This document shows positions 53,096-64,000 of a DNA stretch of 64,000 nt, one piece after another (position 1 is the stretch's first letter; each line of letters opens with the position of its first letter). The position numbers were made by a program, and so were the translations under genes. Source of the stretch: Eledone cirrhosa (taxonomy: Eukaryota); assembly GCA_964016885.1 (NCBI GenBank), contig OZ024740.1, positions 50,406,001 to 50,470,000 of the forward strand. Direction: 5' to 3'. Below the pieces are notes generated by a model that saw only the letters and a list, made by a program, of their open reading frames with translations, was not told the DNA's origin and did not search any database.

Positions 53096-54484
53096 CTGTA
53101 GATAAAGATATATAGAAACAAAAAAAAATGTTTAAAAGATATATATTTTATAACCTGTCCAGAAGGGAGAAAGATAAAATTGACTATTATAAGATTTCAG
53201 CTCAGAACCTAGAAAACTAAATATTTTCCTTCCTTGTTATACCCTCTCAGTTGATATATTAAATATTATATTTGATGGACATATTAGGTTGAAATATGTC
53301 AGCTACAATTGGTTAAAAAGAGATGTGGGAGGTCATCTGATACAGTGACTATATTTCTGATTTCTGGTGAGGTTTCACTTCAATTGCTGTTCTGAAATTT
53401 AAGAACTGAAATAGTCCAGTTCAGGAGTGGCAAATCTTTCTGAGAGCATATGTCCATATTGATGATAATGTTATAGAATAATTCTTTCACATATCAATGG
53501 GAATTTATGAATAGATTAACATTTTTATTATTATACTGTAATTTACAAATTATTTTTTTATGGAGAAAGAAAACAAAAAGTGTTTAAAAGCATTCTTTAA
53601 AAAAAAAGTCTGTTTGATAACATATTTTCTTTTTTTAAAAATAAAATCACTAACAAAAAATTTATCTTCAACATGCCAATACATTTGCTACCTCTGGTCT
53701 AGTCAATAGGCCACTGGGCACAACGTAAAATCCATGGCCAAATTTAACCAGCCAAGTGTACATTGCAGTTAATAGGTACCATACTGTAGAAAGGCTCACT
53801 GCTGTAAGCAACAACATTGTCTAACATTTCAGCCCTGAATTTGAGTCATCCTATGAGCTAATAAAATCATTAACAATGCAGCCTATTTCCAATTTAACAA
53901 ACATCAATCTATTACAGATAACCAAAGCATTTCAAGCTAATAATAGAGCATCTTGGTGGTTGCTTTAACCGCTAGAAATAGAAGTTGAATCTCTTTCAAA
54001 TCAAACCATATCATTTTAAAAATGGTCACAGTTCGAGTGCTTTTGTTCAAGATCTGTTTGGTCAGAGCTGAGTTGGGGGTTAAATGTTGACTGGTCAAAA
54101 CACTTTTCATAGTGTGTTATTCATGTACATAAAATGGCTATTTTCATTTACACTCACTCTGCTTTCTTTTAGCCAGTTGTTCCTCAGATATTTACCATAG
54201 ATTTTAATTGTTTAATTTGCTCTTTTCTCTTCATTTTAGAAAATGTTAGTGTCTGCTTCTATTAGTAGAAAATATGCCACATTGCCATGACTATCAAGGT
54301 ATCTAGAGTACTAGCTGTTTATAAGAATTGACAGCAGAAGCCATTATGAAATTTCAAAATACATCTTGCAGTAAATATTTTTCAGATTTCAGATGGTTGA
54401 TCTCTAGATGAAATTATCCCTTTTTCACATATAGGTTTGTCAATCTCAGATTGATGTCACACAAAAAATTGTTAAAATACTCAC

Positions 54485-54671
54485 CCCAATGATTACTTGG
54501 TTACATTTATGGCAGTGTGGAGCAAAGTAGAGCTCATAGTCCTTCTCACAGTAAAGGTAGCCACCTTCTTCAACGAAACCAATGTCAAAGAGCTTTACAC
54601 CACAGTTAGGGTTAGCACAGACAAAGTGAGTAGGACACCAACTTTTTCCCATGGCCAACACAAATGGTCCT
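54485..54671 (-). CDS. Zasp52: Zasp-like gene exon: LIM1 and start of LIM2
   Basis: TTACAG| ... GGG|GTGAGT, 187 nt, phase 2-0; GPFVLAMGKSWCPTHFVCANPNC...YCEKDYELYFAPHCHKC. Confidence 0.95.
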
Positions 54672-56403
54672 CTGTAATAAAAACATAGATACGATTATGT
54701 CTGATTTGTCGAAATATGCTCCCCCTCAAAAAGAAAAAAAAGTGATATTCTGTAAGCTCTTGGCGACAGTGAATGATTCAAATGAAGATATTCTGTGTTG
54801 GTTACTACTTTCCTTCTCTTCTTGAAACCCAAGGAGGAACTGAATTCAACACATCATGAATGAAATATTTGTCACACAGTTGAATACAGAAGTTAACTAC
54901 CTCCTTGCAGTACATATTTACAGTTAAATCAACTGTCTACCTGAACTATGTTACAGCACCGGTGACAATAAACACATCATGATGACTTAGCAAGTTGCAA
55001 ATCATGTAGTAAAAAATTAAATCAAGTTAAATGGTTTTAAAAAAAAAATAGTTTGTTTTATCGCTCACACATCATACCAACAGAAAGTTATTTTTCTGTT
55101 GTATGAGCCAGCAATTTGATGCGGTCCTCTCAATTTAGCCACTGATTTCTGTCCTTTGAGGTAATTTTACCTAACACTATCATTCACAGCATTTTGCTGT
55201 TTTAACAGCTATTCTTGCGTTGAGTTTTTCTCATTATTCTATAAAGTGTAGTATATATTTCTTATTCCATTTTGTCCTTGAAACCACTTAGAATATCTAT
55301 AAATGCAGATATTTTGCATGAATTTTAAAATATATTTTTCACATAACTACAAGCTAGATATCTAAAACATGAATAGGAGATACACTTTACATCATTAATA
55401 AATTATGAAATACAATTGTTTCATACTTAGACAGCCAAGGTCACACAAATGTATTATTTTTCCTTGTCTTTTACTGGGTGTAGTCATTAGAATGAGACTA
55501 CGATGGAGCATTACCTTTAAGGGTTTTATATTACAGTACTGACTTCAGTACTTTTTCTGTTATTTATTTTATTGATCTCAGAGCATGAAAATAAAAGATG
55601 GAATTAACCTGGTGCAAGATATTTTCATTCAATACACCAATTTTTTGCCATCTACATTTATATATACACACACCCACACTTTACAAGCTTCTGCATTTTC
55701 TGCCTACCAAATTTCACTCATAAGGTATTACTCAACTCAAGGCTATGGTAGAAGACACTTTTCCAAGGTACTGCACCATGGGATCAAAGCTGAGACCTTG
55801 TGTTGCTAAGCGAGCTTCTTAGTCACACAGCTATGTTTACAGCTAATATGTGACATCCACACAGTATGTTGTGAATATGGATCAATAAGATAGCTATTAC
55901 TGTGCAACTGTCCATTTGGGTGTGGTGTGGTGTTTCCCTTTTGGTAGATACTACACAGGCTAGTTGAATCATTGTCACCAAACAGCCTGAAACCAGTCTT
56001 GGTTCTCTGATACAAGGCTGTTTATTTTTAAATGTTTATATTTGTCTAAAAACTTTTCATCATACTTTTGTGCAAAAATTTTTTGAGGTTTATGCTCTAA
56101 ACACCAACTAAATAATGAGAAAGTTATTTTACTAAATCTATCCAAATTCTTGATTATTTCTATAATGACTTGAAAATTATGGTCAGTGTCTTTCATTATA
56201 AATATGGTAATAAAAGGATTAAAAGAGAAAAATGATCTTTACATATAAAGTGGTAGAAATGTTAATGGTGGCAGACTTGTAGTTGTGAGAATAATAACTT
56301 AATAGTGGTGGGAAAATAATGATAATGAGGATAAGCATAATAATGGCAGTAATGATAAATGAGGATGATAATAAGATTCAATAAAAAAAAAAAGCAAACA
56401 AAC

Positions 56404-56656
56404 CTAATTGGGGTCCCACAAGCGGCACAGACAGGGATTCTACCATTGTTCTGGTCAGGGTTTTTATAGACGGCATCACCTTTCTTTCCCTTGGTAGCAC
56501 CTTGCCCAGTCGGTTTGGGTGGAGCAGCCTTAGGCTTCATTGGAGCAGGAGCCCTATGGACTGGTGGCGGTGGTGGAGCTTTCGGTGCAATCACAGGAGC
56601 TGGCGGAGGTGGTGGTGCTCTTGGTGCAGGCGGATGAGCAGCTTGCTTGGGAAGAG
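56404..56656 (-). CDS. Zasp52: Zasp-like gene exon: Pro-rich linker and start of LIM1
   Basis: TTGTTAG| ... AG|GTTTGT, 253 nt, phase 1-2; ends RIPVCAACGTPIR. Confidence 0.9.
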
Positions 56657-56949
56657 CTAACAATATATGAATATATAAAACTTCATATTTAGAATTACAA
56701 AGAGGGAAAGATACTTAAAGAAAAAAAAAAATTGGTCATCAGATTGGACTAGGGAAACAATGCTCCAATTGTTTTTTCCACTGATGATATTATTTGCCAG
56801 TGGCAACTCTTGGCAGAAATAATGTGAAATACAGCATTTTGCTGAAGGACATAGCATGCTGTCCTATCAAGGAATTGAATTCACAACAGTATGATAGTAA
56901 GATCAACATCCTAACCACTAGGCCATCCACCTTCAGAAATGGCATTTAA

Positions 56950-57157
56950 CCCTTTAGCATTTGCATTACTCTATATTTACTATTGTATTTTCGTGGTAAA
57001 GGCTTTAGCTCCTATAATATTGAATCTATAAAATTTTGATATTATTTATTTTGAGAACAATACCTTAATGTTGGTATGAGTGACCGGTTATGGCTGGTTT
57101 GAACCGAAAGAGGTGAGAGAATTCTGGCCGGATATGGCCAGTTTAAATGCTAAAGGG
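56950..57157. mobile_element. piggyBac-type MITE (intronic)
   Basis: TTAA|CCCTTTAGCATTT...AAATGCTAAAGGG|TTAA. Confidence 0.9.
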
Positions 57158-57247
57158 TTAAGTAAAATACATAAAGCATAAGGGAAATATTTGTGTTTAT
57201 CATTTTTTCACATCAAATACCCACACACACATATATATATATATATA

Positions 57248-57452
57248 CGAGGTGCATCCAAAAAGTATTCGACTCAATTTTTACCCACCAAAACTAATGC
57301 AGAATGGGCAAAATCCTTTCAGTGGAAGTTGAGGCCACCCTTCCTGCATGCTTAGGTAAGGTGGTGTCTTCTCCCACCCAAAGAAATTTGCCAAGTCAGC
57401 ATTAGTTTTGGTGGGAAAAAAATAAAGTCGGATACTTTTTGAATGCACCTTG
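57248..57452. mobile_element. mariner-type MITE (almost fully palindromic)
   Basis: TA|CGAGGTGCATCCAAAAAGTA...TACTTTTTGAATGCACCTTG|TA. Confidence 0.85.
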
Positions 57453-58073
57453 TACATATATATATACACACACATATATACATCTAAGTAGTGCATTGTG
57501 TTCTTGAGCAAAACACTTCATTTCATGTTGCTCCAGTTCACTCAGCTGTAAAAATTAGTTGTCATATCACTAGTGTTAAGCTGTATCGGTCATTGCCTTA
57601 CCCTTAGACAACATTGGTGGCATGAAGAGCGGAGACTGGTATGCATGGGCGACTGCTGGTCTTCCACAAACACACCTTGCCCAGGCTAGTGCCTCAGAGG
57701 GAAACTTTCTACGTGCAAAAGCCATGGTCATTCATTACTGAAGGGGGCCTACGATATATATACATATAAATATATATATACCACTTGGCACCACAGACAG
57801 GATTTTATCTCTCTCTCTCTCTCTTATATATATATAGTTGGGATGTTGCTAGCTAAGTAAGACCAGTAAAATAATTATTTAGTTTAGTACTCTATACTTA
57901 TTATACTATAAATATATATTATTATATATATATATGCATAGAAATATTATTATAATATAAATATATATTATAATAATATAAATATATATTATAATAATAT
58001 AAATATATATATATATATGCATAAACATACACACACACACACACAATATATATAATAAGGAAGCACAACTTAC

Positions 58074-58153
58074 AGTAAACTTGAGCTGGTGGTGGAGGTG
58101 GTGGTGCAGGAGCTGCAGGTGGTGGTGGTGGCGGGAAGCTCGCCACTGGAGCC
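58074..58153 (-). CDS. Zasp52: Zasp-like gene proline-rich exon
   Basis: CCCCAACAG| ... T|GTAAGT, 80 nt, phase 2-1; APVASFPPPPPPAAPAPPPPPPAQVY. Confidence 0.85.
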
Positions 58154-58428
58154 CTGTTGGGGACACAAATTAGATATAGTTATTTTTTTTATAAAGTTTG
58201 GTAGTTCTCCAAGATGTATTTTGATTAACCCCATCTAAGGTTAAATTCATTAATCAGCTAAATGTTTATAGTTATTATTCGTTTGTTCCTATATTATTGA
58301 AACTGTTAAAAATCCATCTAAACCTGAATATTTGCAAGGCATTTATAAAGGTTATGGTTACGGTTAATTGCTATAAAGGCAGTAGAATGTTAGACTACAG
58401 TAAGATTCAAAATTACTTATATATTTAA

Positions 58429-58636
58429 CCCTTTATCATTTATATTACTCTATATACACTATTGTATTTTTGTGGTAAAGGCTTTATCTCACATAATATC
58501 GAATCTACGAGATTTTGATGTCATTTATTTTGAGAACAATACCTTAACGTCAGTATGAGTGGCCAGTTATGACCAGTTTCAACAGAAAGAGGTGAGAGAA
58601 TTCTAGCCAGATATGGTCGGTTTAATAGCTAAAGGG
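58429..58636. mobile_element. piggyBac-type MITE (intronic)
   Basis: TTAA|CCCTTTA...CTAAAGGG|TTAA. Confidence 0.88.
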
Positions 58637-59257
58637 TTAAAACAAGTTTTTTACAGTTTAGTCAGGGCGATAGGTATCCTTAAACTGGAGTCTTGTGCCC
58701 AATGCTTGCAACAGAGCGGACACTACTAAAGGCATCGAAGGGCTACATGATGGTGTTAAACTAGGCAACAGATTAACCGTGTCATCCAAATAACCTACAG
58801 TAGGATTTGAATTCAGGATGCGAAGAGCCAGAACAAATATTGTGAGGCATCTCATATGTCACTCTACCAATTAACATTTAGCATGCTAGAAATTTTTATG
58901 ATGACATAATACACCTATAGTGTCCAGAAGATTAAGCAAATCCAGAGGCATAAAGAGACAAACTAAATACTGCATAGGATTTTGTCCACTACTTCACCCT
59001 TCTACCTCAGTATATTACCAATATTTATTTTATCAATCCTTGGATGGATGAAGAGTATGGTGGACTCTGGTAGGGTATGAATTTAAATTAAAGAATGACA
59101 AGACTTAGTATTGTAAGGTAATGAGTCAAATGATTTACAGTATTAAGGCATTGGACATACAATATGATGTCTGTTCTTACTGCCAATTCTATAATGATGG
59201 ATATAAAAAGGGAATAAAGAAGGAATTCCAAGAACTATTAAGATTTGTTAATCCTAC

Positions 59258-59479
59258 CCTTCTAGTTTTTCCTGAAGACGCTTGAATGTTTTAGAACTTA
59301 GCGGTGTTACTGAGTCAGGTTCCTCATTTTCTCCATGTATTAGTTTGTAAGTCTCTGATGGTTTATATAAAATGCGACCCTCATTGTCATACTCAACAGC
59401 AGATTTCTCTACATCTACATCTACAGAGGAATCATTTGTCAAGCTAGATTTCCTTACATCACCGTTTTCTTTAGAATCT
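59258..59479 (-). CDS. Zasp52: Zasp-like gene internal exon (AM-like motif)
   Basis: TTTTTTCAG| ... GAAGG|GTAGG, 222 nt, phase 2-2; encodes DSKENG...SETYKLI...SSKTFKRLQEKLE, resembling the SEVYKML and SFRxLQ motifs of ALP/Enigma proteins. Confidence 0.8.
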
Positions 59480-62400
59480 CTGAAAAAACATAGCATGCAG
59501 TAATCATGCAAGAACAACAAAGCAACAACAACAACAACAACAGCAATAATGAAACAATATCATGCTTAAAATAAAATAGACAAGAAAAAGATCACACACA
59601 TACACACAACACAACAATAAATAATAAAATAGAATATATAATAGTGAAAATCATAAAAGAAAATCTCAGCTAAAAGTACTGATATAGTAAATACATGCAG
59701 GGAAAAATACAGAAAACATTGAGAGAAAAAGATTACTGAAAAGTTTTTCAAAAGTAAAGTAACCTATGATGATGAAACAGACTTATTTAAATACAGCCAC
59801 TTCCATTTGATATAATATTCACAGTCATCACCAACAATATTGTAAGAAGGTGTGCTATCGTGCTGAACTTACAACTATGGCATAAATATAAACATTCAGA
59901 CTTTAGCCTATTTCTATACATAATATGATTTCAATCTGAGTTAAGCTTTGTTTCTGAGTGTGTATTATTAGATTTAAAAACAAATTACAACCAAATTTTA
60001 TCATGATACCGCATGTACAGTATTATTATAAAGAAAATGTACCATCTTTGGTGGTTCTGCAGTACATCATTGGTGGGTCTAGTACATCCAATATATATGC
60101 CCATTGCATTATTGTTTTATCATTATTATTATTATTACCATCATTAATTAGATACAATTTCTAGCAATGACGTTTTTCTATTTTCAATAATTATTCAGTA
60201 GAAATTATTGTAGAAGTAAGACTAATTAGGTAACCAAGTGACATCAACCTAAGTAAACTATGTTACTTTTTAGTAAGTTAGCTCATAGATCTAAGTACTG
60301 AATGTTTGAATCCTTTTAACAGTGTTCACTGTAAAAGATCTAGATCAGACAAAAATATATTGTGCTTTATTTTATCAAAGTAAACACAATAAGGTGGCCA
60401 TGCTGGTGCCATGACAAAAAGCACCCAGCTCTTCTTGTAAGGTAGTCATGGTGGTGCCACAACAAAAAAAAAGCACCCTGTTCACCCTGTAAAGTGGTCA
60501 TGTCAGTGACAACAAAAAGCCCCCAGTCCACCTGTAAGGGCATCTAGTTGTAGAGAACCAAGCCAAAAAGTGGATCATATGAGAAAAACATGACCACCTG
60601 ATATGTCTAGCTTCATAACATGAAAGTCCATCTAACAAATGCAAGCATGGAAAATAAATACTAAACAATAATGATGATGACATTTTTGATAAAGCACATG
60701 CTTTTATCTTTTCTTAGATCTTTTGCAGAGAACATTTGCAGTTGCTGATAATAAGCTAATTTTCAACTGATGGAATCTGGTTTAATACAAGTATTAAGGC
60801 AGGTTCAATACAAGATGGAATGGTGTGCAAGTTCAAGAAAGCTGCAATAATTCAACTCTTTGATAGCATCATTGGAAGAGTGCACTATAGTAGTTAAGCT
60901 ACTACCAGCTCAAAAACCTTGAGTTCAAATTCACTATGAGTATTTTGTGTTGTTGGGAAGTATGGTTAATCCTACATGCCTCAGTTTCTCCTAGTTGTCA
61001 TAAATAGACAGATATTAACTAGGAAAGTTACTGTAATTGATGCCCTATCCAGCTGGTGACTTGTTTCTCAGCCAACATAAAACTGGATATAAGTACTATC
61101 CTTTCCTTATCTTGCAATATGGAGCAAACAGAATTATGCACTTAATCAAGGCTCCACTAGCTCTAATGTAGGCATTGAATCCATGACTATGTTGTTAGTA
61201 GTCCAATACTTAACCATAGATGCAGGCATGGCTAAATGGTTAAGTAGTTGGCATCACAATCACAAGGTTTTGTGTTTGATGCCACTGCATGGTATCTTGA
61301 TTTGTTTACCATAGTCTTGTGAGTGACACTGTTTAGAAACCAGTTGGATGAAATGTACCTGTAATTCAAAGAGTCAGCCATATCATATTATGTGTTATGC
61401 TGAATCCCTGAGAATTATGTTAAAGGTACACATGTCAGAATACTCAGTCTCTTAGACATTAATTTCACAAGTAAGTTGTTTCATTGATCTAATAATTGAA
61501 ATACTAGCCGTCAAATTTGACTTACCTTAACCTCACGTGCCTACAAACTTAATTAAAATCTTGATTTAATTCATTTCAGAGAGGATAAGGAAAGTTTTAC
61601 CAATTCTAAAACACCACTGACAAGTGCAGGGAATCTCTACAACGAGGCACTGAAACTAGGTTGCATACTTAATTCCCAAGGAACTTGCATTTTATGATGG
61701 TAGCCAATAAGAAAGAACTTGAGAAAATTATTCAAATGAAAATGGCAAAAATTCATTCAAAAATATTCTTAGGACTCTAACATCACAGAAGACAGTGAAA
61801 CAAATGTTCAAGTCAATAGGAATGCTAGGAGAACTCCAAAAAAGAAATGGTCAACACAAAACCTATGAGCTATTAAAACTTACATGCTAATATAGGTTCT
61901 AATAACCAATAAATATTGGTAGAGGATACAATTTGATCAAACCTGTAAAGTGGTGGTGGTTTCATCTAAATGGAGCTAAAATGGGAAGGGATTCAAAATC
62001 GTACTCAACTTTACATCTAAAGGAGGATAGCTATGGAGGAATGGAAAAGGAAAGAAAAATCCTACAATGATAAAAGCTGATTTCCACAACAAAATGGTTG
62101 GTTAGAAATATGTCGTTTTTTTTTCTGTTTAAATTATAGAAAAAATTAAAGCACTAAAAGAATGTTTCCGAATCTAAGTTATATGAAAACTAAGAGTAAA
62201 AGAAATATTTAAAAATAAGTATTGGTGGTGGATAAATTGATAAAATACTAAAACAAATCTAACTGAATTGTTTAGATAATCTAAACTGTTAATCCTTTTA
62301 AAACTTGTATGTTTTACAGTCTTAACCTGCTAAGCTATTGTCATATTTTTTTCCTATTCCTACTTTAGGAATAGGAAAAAAAATAATGCTTAAGTCTTGT

Positions 62401-63691
62401 TTAAGGATATTGGTGAGGTAAGTGAAATAATTACAACCACCAATGGCTTAGTTTGTAGAAATCTGATTTTGTTTTTACTTACTTCACTAAACTTATACAG
62501 CATGAATGGGAAAATGGTTAATATTAGTCCATCTTTTAAAGTATCAACATTTGAGATTTAGAAAGAAGAAATATTTAAATGGCTAACTGAGAAAAATCTG
62601 AAGGTTATTCTAAATGCATCTTTTAGAAAAGTAAAAGATAACATTTTGTTAAATATAGATTTTTAAAAATGTATCTGATGTGGAAATCAACTTTCATTAT
62701 TATTTATCCTCCTCCTTTATAATAAATTTTGTACCTTGGAAGTGGCAGAATAGAAATATCTGGAACAAAAAATAGATCTCAGCTGTTTGACGACAGTATA
62801 ACAGATTAATTAACAATTACATATTCATAAACACAGTGTCACACTGAACACAAATATTACAAAACTCAATGAATTATTTGAAGTAATGCTTTTTTTTTTA
62901 AATTTTGTTTTGAAACGAAAGAGATGGGGAAATAGCTAACTGGCTTTTGATATTTGTCTATTCTTTCCATAATTATAAATAAAGAAGGCATAATTTGTGG
63001 AGTGTCATTTCTTAATGAATAGGATTTATTATTTAAAGAAATAAGAAATGGGAAAGATGAAAAATCAAAATTTGTACAGAATATGTAAAATAAGTGATTT
63101 TTAGAGGGTGAACAATTTGATAGGTTACAATACTGTAGATATAATTATACTTTTTTCTGCTTTTGTAGGGGGCATTAGTGTTTTTTATTTTTGCTTCATC
63201 CTCTCAAGAAACCCATAAATCATGACAAAAGGCTTCACCTTGTAGTGAGTTACACACAAAACAGCCCGGCAGGGCTCAACACTACAAGTTAATGAATGAT
63301 ACAGTTGAAAATTACAAGTATGAAGGTATGAAGGATAAATGAAGTGAAGTGGCTGTGTAAATCAAACAAAACACAGAATTAGCTTCCGGGGGGGTTAAGA
63401 TTAGCATTTATTTTGAAAGTTGAAAAGATACTGCAAATGTTTTTAATCTTCATTGAGAATGCCATCTCTGTGTTGATAGTTTTCTAATTTCTATGCAATG
63501 TGACTTCCATGTTTATGACACAAGATAACAGATTACACTCTTACCATTATACCGACCACAAGTTTATATGTCAAATACACATAGTTGAAAATAATCTTAC
63601 ACCATCTTAGCATAGCTATTCTGGAGAAAGGAGAATGATAGAAAAGAGGTTTCTGAATTATGAATATAATGATTTGTGTTATTTTTATTAC

Positions 63692-63905
63692 CCATTATTT
63701 GAACCAATTAGTATATCTGTTTGATCCTTGAAAGTGTTGACAACATTTTCTTTGGAATACAGCCCTATAGGTGTGTTGTACTGCCAGTTTCCTACAGCCT
63801 TTACAGTATTCCCTTTGTTTGGTGCTTGATAGGGTAAAGGAGAGACACTCCGAGATCTGTTAGGTGACTGCATCGAATTCAAGGGTCTCAGGGCTGGAGG
63901 GGGTT
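63692..63905 (-). CDS. Zasp52: PDZ-LIM (Zasp52/LDB3-like) gene, internal exon with ZASP-like (ZM) motif
   Basis: Acceptor CTATTTCAG|, donor GG|GTAATA; encodes PPPALRPLNSMQSP...WQYNTPIGLYSKENV, matching the ZM motif; ends in phase 2, in frame with the exon starting at 59479. PDZ exons would lie beyond the right edge. Confidence 0.88.
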
Positions 63906-64000
63906 CTGAAATAGGTGAGCAGGCAAATATTTTTTATTTGTATTATATATATATATATATATATGAATATATATTTCAGAATAATTTCAAAGTTTTTGTA

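Noticed and set aside
60043-60078. Possible 36-nt Zasp cassette exon
   Set aside because: Weak acceptor and donor; in the required phase it would create TGA at the junction with the next exon.

Overview
Eukaryotic, AT-rich, repeat-dense genomic DNA; the SINE/LINE families and huge (TA)n tracts look like a coleoid cephalopod such as octopus (inference). The only clear host gene is the 3' part of a minus-strand PDZ-LIM gene of the Zasp52/LDB3/Enigma type: 8 in-frame coding exons at 50509-63905 encoding the ZM motif, an AM-like motif, a Pro-rich linker and three LIM domains, then a ~2.3 kb 3'UTR. The rest is mobile DNA: many 5'-truncated RTE-clade LINEs abutting (TA)n, a compact decayed Ty3/Gypsy element inserted in a SINE tail, two CRE-like endonuclease fragments, tRNA-derived SINEs and several MITEs. 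The most interesting structures are (i) a young non-coding LTR element whose primer-binding site is a 32-nt copy of tRNA-Trp with a substitution exactly at A58, next to a duplicated LTR-end/PBS junction; (ii) a perfect 2x181 bp palindrome carrying a Penelope-type minimal hammerhead ribozyme on each strand, plus two further hammerhead relics and a second fold-back element; (iii) a 22-unit minisatellite born inside a LINE endonuclease ORF; (iv) a Gypsy element with no tRNA PBS and an apparent leader intron. Most of the long ORFs in the supplied track are microsatellite artefacts. All alignments and counts were made by eye.
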